Shown here: piece after piece, positions 11,636-24,978 of the stretch
How positions within the stretch are numbered: position 1 is the first letter of the stretch
How the letters are laid out: every line of letters starts with the position of its first letter
NCBI GenBank assembly: GCA_051942205.1
Contig: JAVECO010000002.1
Coordinates: 124,001-188,000 of the forward strand
From: Coniocarpon cinnabarinum
Lineage: Eukaryota
Direction of reading: 5' to 3'
DNA length: 64,000 nt
Position numbers and translations under genes: made by a program
The notes under the pieces: generated by a model
Told to the model about the DNA's origin: nothing
Databases searched by the model: none
Seen by the model: the letters and a program-made list of their open reading frames with translations, nothing else

Positions 11636-12166
11636 TCTGGCGATGCTCTGCTGCGAGCTTTTTCACAAATATCGAGGGTCCCGGATTTGCTGTTGGCTTT
11701 TTAACGTGCTACGCACTTAATTGTGAAGCCCAATGGCTGATATACGCTAAAGTCTTGCCAGGTACTAGCGTGCCTCTTTAGCACCGCCACATCACCACAC
11801 CAGCCACTGATACAATCTTGTCCCGCGCCGTTGATGTTCTCCTATATTCTTCGAGTTCATTGCGTCCATCCCTTATTACCGTTTGATGTGGATACCAACC
11901 ACCAGAGTGATAGTCCATTACTCACAGTCGATTCATTAAACCTCTCACTCCACCAAGATGTGGCCTCTCACCTTATCGTTGTCCCTAAGGCAACGAGACG
12001 GTGCTCGTTGCTATGAGCCACCATAGTTACAAGCTGTGTTTGTTGACATACGGATGCTCTCGATGCAGAATCATGCTTGTGCTTCTGAACCCGCATCTTT
12101 TCTCTCGTAATCGTTAAAGCCCAAACACGGCGACGTTGAACATGGAGCCAAAGCTCAACCACGACA

Positions 12167-13928
12167 TGGAGGAGAAATATGTTGTGTACAAGCGCGCCAC
12201 GAGCACTGTCATACGATGGCTGCTGAACCACTCCAAACACACCTGTGAGCTAACGGACGAGTCTATCAAGATGATGGATCTCATCTCTTTAGCTCAAGGC
12301 GTGAAAGCTTCTAGCGTGACTGCATGGGGTTTGTCACGTCTTCGCACTGCAATCAGACTACGACGTGAAGTTGCTCGATATTTCCAAGCCACTGCAGCTG
12401 ATGTTGAGGATGCTGTCCGTAAAGAATCAAACCTTAGCCATGATGTTATGGTGCAGATACTTGAAAGAGCGTTGCACAGTCTCTACAGTCTTCAGAATAT
12501 CCCAACGTCACCGTGGACGCCGCTAAATCCTTAACATCTTCGCAATGCATCCTGGGCGCTGCGGCCTCCAGATGTCGGAGATGAAATTTTCCCTTGACGA
12601 GACATCGTCACACGTGGCTGCCTATCATTTTTTCATTGCTGCAGTACTACACGTACATGACGCACTTTTGAAGACGAACAGAATACCTTCCCCCCTCGCA
12701 GGTAGCGTTATTACTAGTATATATAATATTCTCCGGGATTCTGTGCCTTTGCAGGCCTCTCAACGTCCTGGACAATTCGCTGAAAAGTGGTTAGATCACA
12801 TTCTACCTATAGACGCCCGAGCATGGTTCTGGAGCATGGAGAGAATGTTTGAATTCTTGCCTCGAGGACAAGAGAGGGCTGCCGGTCCCCGCGAAAACCT
12901 GTTTGCGCTTGTGAGATTATTTCTCCATAACGTTCAAGTTCCTCCGTTCAACGACACTGGACCCGAACATGGCAATTTGACTCGATTCCTGCGACATTCT
13001 GAGAAAGGTGAAAACGTTCATGTGTCGCTTAATGACCACAATCTTTTAGACGTCTCTCCACTTACACTGAGCGGCGCAAGAAGCTTGTATATGATGAGAG
13101 GAGAATTCTACGAGAACAAATGTGATTACATGCTGCCATGGCTGCTGTGTCCCAAGGAATCTGAAACGCTCACACATCGAGCTGCGTTCGAACACTTGGA
13201 GGAGATTTGGTACAGCGGAAAATGTCACCCTCATTCCTTGGTCTTCAGAGGCTTAATGCAAGAACACAAGGGTCAGAAAGGTGAGAGCGCGCCGCACACA
13301 ATGTGAGCTTCGTCTTGCTAACTTTGCAGTTCACATGATACCTTCGCAGGAAGAACACCCTCGGTCGTATAGTCCTTCGTTAGCAGCTCATACCTGTCCT
13401 AGCGATGAAGCCATTGATGCTGTACTTCGCGTTTCGCCTCCCCGCGGTGGGGACGTTTATCCGCTACGATACCATCCGGTTTCCTCGGCTTCTCTCAATA
13501 ATGGTAGCCTTGACAGACTCAGGTACGACAAAGAAGCCCATCCCGCCTTTGATCGAGCTCTGCCTATACCATTCACGCGGTTCTGTATGGTCAAATTGTG
13601 GTGCAAATGTGCAGGCATCCTTGGTCGTGTGTACTCCAAATACGAGCCGCTGGTCAAGCAGGATCTGGAGGCCGGAAACATCAAGCTGTCCGTGCACGAG
13701 CAAGAGTTTCGACGCCTATTTCACTCAGCAGGCGAGCTCAAGGGAGGGCAGAAGTGCGCAAGTGTCGTCGAAAAGACCCTTGCTGTCTTGGAATTGCCGA
13801 AGAAGTCGAAGCAACGTCTCAAAATGCCACCAAGTCAGCAGAAGCTACCGGAAATTTGGGCCGAGGCTTTGAAGTCCATCGATGACTGGAAGGCTGAGGA
13901 CTTCCTCTGGAGAAGCATGGGTTCATGA
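12167..13928 (+). pseudogene. DUF6604-like hypothetical gene, apparently frameshifted near 12525-12545; one clean intron 13281-13329
   Basis: N-terminal YVVYKRATSTVIRWL...AIRLRREVARYF...SNLSHDVMVQILE pattern recalls DUF6604; three ORFs in three frames, only the second junction explained by a canonical intron (GTGAGA...GCTAAC...CAG). Confidence 0.45.
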
Positions 13929-14211
13929 CGCCTTTGCAAGCGGCCTGTCGAGCCGATCGTTCCATTGACCCTAGCACAGGCTTCGATGTGATATTCCGAT
14001 TTTGTGGAATTGGTTTCACAGTAAATGAAACAACTGTAAACATCAAGCTTCGAAGAGGTACTGTATGTCTGGGTTTTTGGGCTCCTGTAAGAGCTCGAAA
14101 TCACTGTACTTAACAACTTGGAAGATTCTGTAAGCACGATGAAGTGAGGCAATCATACCGCAGTATGGCCAGCCAGATTCCCAGCAACATTTCATACTTT
14201 GACTTCCGATC

Positions 14212-14849
14212 TCAACTCCTCTTGACTTCAACATCCAAGGCTTCAACATTCACCTCTAGCTGCCCAATCCCCACTTCAGCCGCCGGTCTCGCACAATACG
14301 CCGCAATCTGAACATTCTTCCCCTCCTCACCCTCCCAAAGCCACGTACATTCCCTCACCGGATACTTCACCTCCCCATCTCTCCCCTGCACAACCTCATG
14401 AGCCCAAAGCGCAAAATCTTCCCTCCGCAACTCCACCGTTACAGGTCCACTTGCGTCCGAATGAAGCGGATGAACAGACAATCTGCGTACCGATCACATT
14501 CTACGAAGCTAATCTGCGGGACGCCATTGAATAGTTCAAGCCCCGCTTTGATCCAAGAAGGTTTGCTTTCGTCTCCACTTTCAGTACTAGTAGTGGATGC
14601 AATTTCTGGATTTGTGGATGTTTTGAAGGTTGTAGATGGAGTCAGTAGAAGTAGGACGCCCGCTTGGTCGAACTTGTGCGTCCAGCTTGCGCGGAAGGTG
14701 ACGCGGCAGGATTGGAAATCGGAGAGGGGAATGGCCTTAGCGGTTGAGAGGGTGCTTGGGGCGTTGAAGACGTCGTGCGTTGGTGGTTTGCGCCAGATAT
14801 CGGTGTTTGGAGAGGCTGTTAGGGTGAAAGGGGTGTTTTGAGTAGACAT
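14212..14849 (-). pseudogene. DUF1349 (Ree1-like) protein split by a 1-nt frameshift at about 14480 (real lesion or assembly error)
   Basis: TDIWRKPP, FDQAGVLL, WIKAGLELFNG in one frame; PVRECTW, IAAYCARP in the next; junction reads GAT TG TCT GTT CAT, and adding one G gives DRYADWSVHPL. Confidence 0.75.
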
Positions 14850-15613
14850 TGTGCTGAGGACAATGATATTGTTCAAAGAGTATTGGAAACTTATGTTGGC
14901 TTCTATATCAATTCCCACGCAGACGAGCCTACGTCCTTATTTATGTAGTATGTAAAATACTTGAGCTGGCCCAGGAAGTCTGCTGCAGCCTTGATGAAGC
15001 TATCCACCAGGGAGTCGATACGTGGATGCCTTTGCGTCAGCTGACTCTTGGCTTGGACGGAGAATCCTCTTCTGCAACGCAAGTTGACCGGCCTTCGTCC
15101 GTTGCTGTGAGACCTATACATTTGAGTTCTAACACTAACATCCTCGTCGATGTCACGAGGACGAGCTCCGAATCCGATTGACTCCGAGACTTGGGGCTAC
15201 CTGCCGCACAACAATTCGTACGGGTATCTAATGATTTCGCTTTGTGGGCGGTGCTTCTCTCTTTGTCGCTCCTTTGATGGCAAGTAAAGTATGGCTCAGG
15301 CTGGAGTGCGGCTCCTTTCTGATGGTTCTTCCAACTGGCACTCAGAACGATGCCAAATGTCACGGATTAGGCAATCGACGTGCAGCTGAAGAACCGCAAG
15401 CGACCGCTATCGGAATTCGGTCAACGGACTGCCACGACGGTCGGCCTCATCACACGCTTTAAGGTGCTGCCAGGGGATATGAGCGTTTCATATGCCAAAA
15501 GTCCCACTAGGGTGAATGCCTGAATATTCTAATTCGCTATTGGTGTTGAATGCTGTTAGTCTTGAGTTGCTCAATGGTTCGTAATCAAGCCGCCCATCAA
15601 TAATGGACTAAAG

Positions 15614-15623
15614 GTCACGTGAC
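15614..15623. promoter_or_regulatory. Perfect GTCACGTGAC palindrome (bHLH E-box, Cbf1-type)
   Basis: Intergenic 10-bp palindrome between divergent genes; same motif at 49006-49015 and ATCACGTGAC at 27275-27284. Confidence 0.3.
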
Positions 15624-15908
15624 ATTTTGTCAGCATTACAAATCAGTCGCAAGCGGACGGCTCGACAACGGCAGCATCAACGGGCCGCGCTCACAAATCC
15701 AAGCGCGAGCCTCGCATGAAGCGGCAAAAGTCTGCGACGGATCGCTGTCCCCGCTTATCCTTATCCGCAGCTGAGTAGAGCGCGAACCATAGTTCAAACT
15801 CCCCGGAGATACTTAAGTCATAACGCGCCCCAACGGCGTCCTCCATACTACACAGACCCTAAATTCTAGACATACTTCGTGACTGCCGGCTTACTTCGGC
15901 TGACAAAG

Positions 15909-16640
15909 ATGAGCGGTAGCCAAATAGACACGGCGCCTGGCGCAGCTGTCTACTCGAACTTCCTGCTTGCTAACCTCTACGACTTTATCGTTCTGAAATT
16001 CAGCGCGACGTACGCATGGCAATGTCCGACGCAGCAAAGGCTCCAACCACTCTTCGATAAGTACATGACGAACAAAGCGAACACACGCGTGCTCGACATC
16101 GGCGTCGGGTCAGGCTACTATCTCGAACATGCACCGCTTAATGATAACACTGCCGTCACCCTCGCGGATCTAAGTCGGAACAGTCTACAAGCAGCAGCGC
16201 AGCGTCTCCGTCAGGCTCATCCGAATGTCCAGCACGATCTAAAAGCCGTCGATATTTTGAAGCCGGAGTCAATCGACGCTCTCTCTCGGGAGACGCAAGT
16301 ATCACCCGATAACGGCTATGATGCCATTTCTCTCATGTACCTGCTTCACTGCGTCCTGGGCGATCCGACAATCAAAGGCGAAGCGGTCGCGCGGCTTGCA
16401 CGGCTCCTCTCGCGGAATGGCGTGCTCTTTGGCTCTACGGTCCTTGGGAAGGGCGTGCGACATAACTGGCTTGGCTACTCTCTCATGTCAATATACAACT
16501 ACCGGGGCATTTTCACGAATTGGAACGACGAAGCAGAGAAGTTGATGGCGCCTTTGAAGGAGGTGTTCGAGCGTGTGGAGTACGAAGTCGTTGGTGTGAC
16601 TTTGATGTTCTCGGCAAGCGGGGTCCGCTCAGGGCATTGA
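15909..16640 (+). CDS. Class I SAM-dependent methyltransferase of the type common in secondary-metabolite clusters
   Basis: VLDIGVGSGYY (motif I), LADLSRNSL, YDAISLMYLLHC, GVLFGSTVLG; N-terminal YDFIVLKFSATYAWQCPT. Confidence 0.85.
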   Translation: MSGSQIDTAPGAAVYSNFLLANLYDFIVLKFSATYAWQCPTQQRLQPLFDKYMTNKANTRVLDIGVGSGYYLEHAPLNDNTAVTLADLSRNSLQAAAQRLRQAHPNVQHDLKAVDILKPESIDALSRETQVSPDNGYDAISLMYLLHCVLGDPTIKGEAVARLARLLSRNGVLFGSTVLGKGVRHNWLGYSLMSIYNYRGIFTNWNDEAEKLMAPLKEVFERVEYEVVGVTLMFSASGVRSGH

Positions 16641-17549
16641 AGTGAGTTGGAAGCGCTTCGGAGGAGACGGATGGATCGGTTGCACAAGAGGCGCTTCTAG
16701 CAGTTCGGACGCTTCAAAGATCCTTCGAACTAGGACCGGACAGTTAATCGAAGGCGCCGAGTCAAGTTTCGTCGAGACTCAAGACGCACGGATAATCCAA
16801 GGCTACGACGCAGGTATGTAGCCCTTGAGATACCCGGGTCGCAGCCGGGCTAGCAATGGGCCTATCACGATCTTCGCCTGTCAGCTTGCGAAATTGCACA
16901 ACATCAGAGCTCAAATAGCCATGTGCCCTGCGTGTCGATTCCTCGGAAAGCTACAGTGCGCTCATTTTCGAGCCAATGACACATTCGCCTCTCTTGAACA
17001 GGCATGCAAATGCTTGGACGGTGAAGCGTCTGCATTGGCGTGACTCTGATATGAGTTGTCATGCTCACAATGAACAATCCACGCAACATTGCAAATACCT
17101 TGTCGCGGACCAGTCGAGTCCGATGTGCAGCATTGATCGTTAATGAGTTTGGTCAACAACCGTGCATGGCACGGGATTTTTCCGGAAGGCGTTTCTAAAG
17201 GCGTGACGTCTTGGTGCATTTACGCTTCCAGGACCTCTAGCCTCTTCATCTTGCAGCACTTCTCAGGCTTCAGACGCAAAATTCCGAGCGTATTGCAAGG
17301 TACACTTGGCTTTTTAAGGACAAGTTATCGCACTTACGTCTTGTAACTCCATTTCAGCGGTTTGACACTGACTCGCAGTCCCCTTTCACATTTCCTATGT
17401 CCTCCTATCTCCGCCAGTAGACGTGACCACCAACGGGGTCAGCGAGGGCCAGACAGAAGACTGTATAAATATGATGAGAACCATGGTCTTGTCGACAGAG
17501 CATATTCAGCCGTTCTGTGTATTGTCAGCGCCGTTGCTGCCTCGCAATC

Positions 17550-18794
17550 ATGTCAACCGAACCACTACCCTCACATCATCGTGCTCTAGTCCTCGAAAGC
17601 GAAGCTGAAGGATTTCGCATCCAACAGATTCCGACCCCTCAACCAACTCCTGGAAGCGCCATCATTCGCATTCTCCATTCTACCGTGGCCTCGTACCTGC
17701 GCGAGATATACAACGGAGAACGTGGCTATTCGGTTCCAAAGCCGTTGGTCGGAGGCTTCAGTGCTGTTGGCCGAGTCGCTGCTCTAGGGCCCGATGCGAC
17801 GGCTCTAGAGGTGGGCCAGCTAGTGTACGTGGACTGTGTGGTGCGAGGTCGTGACGATCAGGATGCGATCTTCCTTTCCGCAGTCAACGAAGGTGGGACC
17901 GAAGGTAGCAAGAAATTGATGCGTGACGTGTAAGTAGTGTCCATTGCTATCTCTTCTTCAACGAGTGAATTGAACTTAACGTGACCTGCAGATGGCGTGA
18001 TGGTAATTTTGCGGAGTACGCCAAAGCACCGCTGGAGAACTGCATTCCGCTCGACGAGTCACGCCTCTGTCGCAGCTTGGGGTATACCGTGGAGCAGCTC
18101 TCGTACACGAGTTACATGCTCGTTGCTTTCGGTGGCTTGCGTGACGTAAGTGGTCGACCATGTACATAGGTTACTGCAACACCGGCTGACAGGTTTGTAG
18201 ATCAGACTTGAACCCGGCGAGACTGTCGTAATTAGCCCAGCCACAGGGGGCTTCGGTGGTGCGGGTGTTCTCGTTGCAGGTGCCATGGGCGCGAGAGTGA
18301 TCGCAATGGGCCGCAACGAGACTGAATTGTCCAGGCTCAAAGAGCATGTCAAGAGCAGCACCTCGCACGCCAGCATCGAGACGGTCAAGATCTCAAAAAA
18401 CGAAGACACGAACATTGCTGCGTTGAAGCGATTCGGAACCATCGATGCGATCTTGGACCTCTCACCAATCAATGCGGAGGGATCTACGCATTTGAGCGCC
18501 GCCTTGACGGTGCTAAGACGCAACGGGCGTTGCAGTCTCATGGGACTTCTTCCACCCTCGATATCGCCGTGGCAGATGGTGTGGAAGAACATAACCCTAA
18601 AGGGCAAATTCATGTATGAAAGAGACGATATGCTGCAGTTCGTCAAGATGCTAGAGCGAGGTCTCTTCCCGGCAGGTGCACATCTTGTAGATACGAAGGT
18701 ATTTGGGATGAGTGAGTGGAAGGAGGCTTTTGACGTGGCAGCTGAGTATACTGGCGGTGGGAGAACGGTGACGATCTCTCCGTCTGCGCATTGA
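17550..18794 (+). CDS. Medium-chain (GroES-like) alcohol dehydrogenase/reductase; 3 exons (introns 17930-17991, 18146-18200)
   Basis: AVGRVAALGPDATALEVGQLV, WRDGNFAEYAKAP, nucleotide-binding ATGGFGGAGV; GTAAGT donors and YAG acceptors give an in-frame product. Confidence 0.88.
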
Positions 18795-21206
18795 GGTACT
18801 CGCTGACGTGCGTGCGGATATCAGTTAGGAATTTGTCCCGTTGAAGTCTTGGCGTGGCTGCTCCACTCAACAAGGTATCAGAGAAATGGCAATGTGGTAT
18901 TTTCAGATGGCGACATGTGTCCGCCATTGTATTCGTGCGCAGCTCCGCGTAGTCAATATCCCACTGCCAATCTATTGCCCTTGAGTGTAGTCCTTCTTAC
19001 AGACATCGTTCAAGTACAGCTGAGCCACACATCATCTCAGTCTCTTTTTGCGGTTGCGATCTGTCATCGTTTGAAGGACCTTTATTTTCACGGGATCCAT
19101 GAGTGCCTAAGGGGAAATTGGAAAACGAACAACGCAGTCGATCGTATGGAGACAATAGTGTTCGGGAGCCCGCGTGTAAGATGGTCAGAGGATGATTCCA
19201 CATCAACGGCATTCAGTCGGGGTCAAAGGCCAATTGCATGCTTCTAAAAGTAGTGTTCTGAATCCGATGGTGCTAAGGTATTCAACGTTCGAGAAAGCCC
19301 TCTCCGTCTCACTCAGCTGAGAGATGCCGTCGTGCCTTATGGGTTAATCGGCCGATAAGTACCTAAAGACGGAGTCACAGTTCCCCGGACGAGACGGGAG
19401 CTAGAAACGCGCTTTACCCCTGGTGATCATATTGAGCTTTGACCATGGGGCTTTCCCATACTCACCTGCTTGATCGAGAGTACTACCTCCTGCTTGGATG
19501 ATGTCATGTGACGTCACAGCGTCCAAGTAATTGGAGTATTCTCCTTTCTTACGCGGCTGATTAACAACATCGTCTTCTTGAATGCCCAGCATGTCCCACG
19601 CTAGAAGACTCCTCGACTTCGAGAACACGTTGAGAATCACGTCTGACAAAGTTGCGCGTCCTCCGAAAACAGCAATGTGTTGCTGCCTCTCAACATCGAC
19701 GCGTCCTTGACTCGGGTTTACTGACTCTCAACTTGGTCCTTGGACTCCGCTGACTAGGCTTGCGGTTGAAGTATCGAACCACAGCACGAGTTGCAGCACA
19801 CCGATGTTTTGACTGCTGTTCTTGTCACTGCACCTTTGCTTATACAGCAACCGGCTGGTCCTTGCTGGTGTCTCATAGTTTCGTAATGATCTCAAGATTG
19901 CTTGAAGCTTGTGCTTGCACAGGCGAACGCGTCCAATTGTTTCCAAAGCAGAAAAATTCGTTCTCATATAGATAACAACTAGGACACTTAAGAGCATGTC
20001 GTTGCGGCATGATGAGCTCGACCGTTGCTCTGTATTATCGTTCGTTCCACATCAATCTCATTCTTTCTTCCTGTGCTCCGGACTGAAGACATGGCTGGCG
20101 TTTTGTACAGCCCAGAGAGCTTCCAGGCACTTCAAGCGGTTCAACTTTCCGTGGTTGTGTCTCATGACATTGTGACCAATGCTATCAAGTTCTATGCAGA
20201 CCGAATCACCGAGCCATTCCTGACTGGGCATTTCAGGAGCATCTCTGCACTTGCCACGGAAGACCAAGTCCAACCAGAAGGACGAGGGTACCATGACAAA
20301 TATATAGGTCAGAATTTACCATTGCCATCCCCTTGCAAGATCGACCGTGCGAGAGTCTTCAGTAGAATGTGGATCATTAATGAATCAGCGATGCAGACTT
20401 TGAACAGTTCCAGGTCTATCAAAAGGCAGACTCAACGCAAATCAACATCCACTTCGTGGGTGGAGACTCAGAGTACTTGGTGTTTCCCGGACGCTTCCCC
20501 AAGATTCTCAACCCCGATGGTCACCTGCTTGTTGAGCTCTGTGAAGAAACCAGATCCCCAGGCGCTCCGGAAGCGCCAAAGCCTCTTCATGCCCTGGTGT
20601 ACGGTCTTGATCAGACTGTGCCCATTGCCGAGTTTCCCCGACAGCCGCCTCGAGACGACAACATATCCATCTACGTTGGCTCGCAGCCATCTGGCGCTCG
20701 CCTCGCTCAGGTCAGTATTCCAACTCCTCATGCTTCTAGGCTCTTATGCACACATTGCTTGGAAGCTAGCACGGCGATTTCAAACAACGATACCAGGCAC
20801 TGACATTGTGATGTTCCGAACAGGTAGGAGCATTGATTGCTATGGCCGAACTACTCCATTACGACTTTGAACAGGCCATGGCCAGAGGCAGGGAACCAGA
20901 CATCTAGCGCTCAAGGCTCGAAAGTTAACGGGATTGCATGCTTCTTGCTTCGTCTTCTCGTGGGAAGAGCGCCGTCATTTCACAGGCAATTTTCGATGGT
21001 ATTCGGCAATTGAAAATGAACATGTCGGTAGCTCAATCCTGCGACGCTAGATTCGTGCAAGAATGATACGTGGATAGTTGTGCTGCGCTGACTTCCAAGT
21101 GCTCAGGTTCTCATTGTGCAATACGATGCCTCCACAAGAACCCCCAATGACTTTAGAAACCGATGTGACAACCGGGACTTGTGCCAGGCTCAGACATGTT
21201 TCATTT

Positions 21207-22800
21207 TCAAAGTGCATACCGGAACTGAGGTCCATAATCTTCGGCTGCTATCTCGCTCAGGTCTACGTTCTTCGTAGTGCGCACCACCGGTTGCCCGTAT
21301 TTGTTGTCCAAGTTCTTGTTCTCCCAGATCAAGAGCGTCCGTTGGATCAGCGCTATCACTGCCGTGAAAAACATGAATGCTGCACACACGCTCATTCCAC
21401 GCACATACCTTGGCGCATCCGTGCTCTCGAAGATGTTCGTGCCCAGAATGGGTCCGCACTGACCGACTACATTGATCAGAACAAGCGCTGATCCACGACG
21501 TGTGTCAGAACCTTGGTTGTTCGTCGTCCAGGCCAGGATGTTTGGAATGGTAGGGAACACTCCTGCCGCCGCAAGGTACACCGCGAAGTAACGCACACCT
21601 ACGGTATTGACAGTTGCCAAGATGACGTAGCCCACGCCGCCGAGCGTGGCTGATGCAACGAGAAAGAGTGCACGCTGTTGCGTGCGGTCCGCCGCATATG
21701 TTGTAATCAGCGCCAACAGGAACGAGACAAAGTAGGGTGGTGCAGACAATCCTTGAGAGTCGATGGCACTGTAGCCCATCTCCGTCAAGATAGTGGGAAG
21801 GAATAGGGGAAGAGAAGCGTAGGAGACATTCGCGCCGAAGTACATGATCTAATCGGTACTGTCAGCTTCAGCGTCCTGAGCATGGCCCAGTAGGACAAGG
21901 CGACATACCGCACTCAGCCAAGCTTTGAGGTCAAGCAATGTCTTCCCAAAGTCGACTGCGGTGAGCCCACCAACCCGCTCAGATGCAGTCTGTCCCGTCT
22001 GTCGCATCGCACGGGACTTGACGATTTGCTTCTCATGAGGGTCCAGGAACCGTGCGTGCTCGGGTGAATCTGCGATGAAAAAGTATGCAAAAGGCACCAT
22101 GGCAATAGTGGGAAGTCCTTCCACAAGAAAAAGCACCCTCCAGTTTGCCAATGATGGATGACCCCTAGTTATCCCATATGCCAGCGCGCCCGAGAACGTC
22201 AACGCCAGGGGCGCTGCGGCTGCGAACATGCCAATACGGAACCCGACCTCATGTCGAAGGTAGAAAAAAGAGAGCAGGTAAATTATTCCAGGTGCGTATG
22301 CGGCCTCGCATGCTCCCAAGAAGAATCGTATGGCCATCATGCCACTCCAGTTGTGGACAGCGGCTTGCAATGTCGCGAAGAGACCCCACAGGAAAACTAC
22401 GACCGCACCAACAATGTGGGGAGGGAAGAGCTTCCAGAACAACAAGCAGAACTCGAAGACAATGTACGTTATGTAGAAGATAGTGAGCAGCCAGTTGTAG
22501 CGGTTGCCGGTCAGCTTGAGTGCTTGCTTCATGCCGGCCGTCTCGGCGTTGCCGATGTTGCTGCGGTCGAGGAAGGCTAGCATGTCTGCAGCACTAATTA
22601 CTATGAGATGTCAAAGATTGACATAGGTTATGCCTACACAGTACGAAGAAGAGTGGCATCATGTTCACATCCATTTTGCGCCGTACTCGTCGCTCGGCGT
22701 GAAAATCGTACTCTTGCTTGCCAACGTCATCTGTTGGAGATACGGCGTTCTTCTCACAGTCTGTTCGTGAAGGCATGCCGTGCATGCTGGGGTCTTGCAT
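21207..22800 (-). CDS. MFS transporter, allantoate/nicotinate permease (Dal5/Tna1-like) family; 3 exons (introns 22586-22637, 21849-21908)
   Basis: RKMDVNMMP, LAFLDRSNIGNA, RFFLGACEA, WRVLFLVEG, LSAPPY, many hydrophobic segments. Confidence 0.92.
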
Positions 22801-23972
22801 GTTGCCCTTCCAGCAGTTCGGTGTGAAGTGGACAAAGAGCTGCTTGAGCAGGGCTAGAAGAAACACAACCGTCCTCACTGCACCAAGGACCAATGATTCT
22901 TCCGGTGGACTTCAAGAGATGTGGAAGAAGAGCACGCAAGGTTACTAATCGAAGTTCTCTACCTGCGGCGCAGTCAACGCGTTTCCGAAAGCAAACGGCC
23001 ATGCAACTTTGACGAATGAAGTCACCACGCTAATGCATGTTCCAAGATGATCTGCGTCCAAATGGCTACTAGTAGCGGTAAGACGAAGTTCATGCCTTGT
23101 GTGGAGACTTCACATGCTGAAACCGAGTCGCTATGTCCAAAGAACACATAGATCATTGCTTAGCTTCGGTCCAGAGCCATGAACTCTCACGAAGATAGTG
23201 ATAAAATAAGACTAAATCAAGCGCTGAGCATACATCGGGCCCGCAGTCTGACAACGTCAAGATGTCTATTGAACAAGTGAGCTCGTTAGGATAGATGCCG
23301 CTGGTCTTCCATTCTGAGGGATTGTCTTCTCCGAAGACGACACATTTCATCGCGTAACGCCGTGAGTAGGTTGATGATGAGTAGCAGAAGTTGGAAGTAG
23401 AGAAGTTTAATGTAAGAATATAACACACTTGAAGGACCACCTGAAATGGATGAAAGGAAGGCTTTATCGATAGGTCATTTAAAAGTCCGAAGGAGCCGGA
23501 GGAGCAGAATCCACTGCCATTCATGCCTCTCATCCTTAAGCTGCGCTTGTTTAGCTGGTTACCTGTAGAAGCTTAATGTTACGTTAGCCGTGCCGACGTT
23601 GATGGAGCGCATTCCATGCCGGTACACAGTGCATGAGGCCGTGACTGTACGGAACATCATTTTCACATGATAGATTGAGGTCCACCATGCCGCTCGCCTT
23701 CGTCTCACCACGAACGGATGTTTATCGCTCTATTTCACCATGTGATATATACCCGTTTGGCGGCTGATATGTACGGGTTAGTAAGCTGACACGGGAGAAT
23801 GGGCCACGCGTCGGAGATCCTTCATCCCTAAGGTTTGTGTTGTTGATCACGGCTAAGGCCAGTCGGCCGTTCGAGGTCAGGGGATACAAGGGGTACTACT
23901 TCGCATATAAAGTACCATCGTGTATTTGCCAGGCGACAGGTACAAACATCTAAATCATCGACAGAACTCTCC

Positions 23973-24978
23973 ATGGCATCTAAGCAGGAGTCATCGGATG
24001 GATACGTCCTCAGTCGCAACTACGCCGCCACGTCCAGGTACGTGATGCGACTCATTCTTTTGCAGATGCCAGTCAAATCTAACATCCTGAAGACTCAATC
24101 TGCAGCACTTCCTATGGCGTGAGACTTTTGGGTACCTGCTGCACCCATCCCTCAAAGTAAAGGAAGCGGAGTCACTCCGGATCGCGGATGTCGGATCAGG
24201 TACCGGGTGCGTTAGCGTCGTCTCCAGAAACAACCTGGCACCCTTTCTAACACCAGCAATCGCTCCAGACAATGGCTGTTCGACGTCTCTCGAGAAGTGC
24301 ACGCGTCTTGTCAGCTCGTTGGCCTCGACATTAGTCTCACTCAAGCGCCGCCACCAGAATGGCTTCCTCACAACGTGTCCATGCGTCAATGGGACGTTCT
24401 CCAAGAACCACCCTCAGACCTGGCTGGGACATTCGACGTCGTGCAGGCGCGCCTCCTTCTCTTCGTCGTAAAGAACAATGATCCCGCGCCCATCCTCAAA
24501 AATCTGATAAAGTTGCTCAGTATGGACCTTCCCTCGAATGGCTGAGCTGTCATCTCCGCTGACGCAAAGCTCAGAACCTGGCGGGTACCTCCAATGGGGT
24601 GAACCAGACGCCGAAAGCGTCAGACTCGTGAAGTCTAACCCCTCTAATCCCTCTGAGTCTCTTGAAAGGGTCTACGCAGATATGATAGGCTCAATGGCAC
24701 TCTTCCGCCCGACGTGGGTCAAAGAGCTTTATCGTGCCGTTGAAGCCGAAGGTCTCACTGAGGTGATCAACGATCGGCAGTCAGGCCCACCCCATGTCTG
24801 GTTCGCATTCAATCAGTGCAACATGATGATTTTTGATGAGCTACTTGAACAGGGCAAGATACCCAAGGAGAAACAGCAGGAGTGGCGGCAACTGCTGGAT
24901 TTGGCGAACAAGGAGTGTCAGCAGGGCGCCACGATGCTTTCAGATCGTCTGCATGTGATTGGCAGAAAGCCCACATAG
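23973..24978 (+). CDS. LaeA-like SAM-dependent methyltransferase; 4 exons (introns 24038-24092, 24207-24268, 24520-24574)
   Basis: Spliced product YVLSRNYAATSRLNLQHFLW...RIADVGSGTGQW...VGLDIS...FDVVQAR...LKPGGYLQWGE. Confidence 0.88.
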
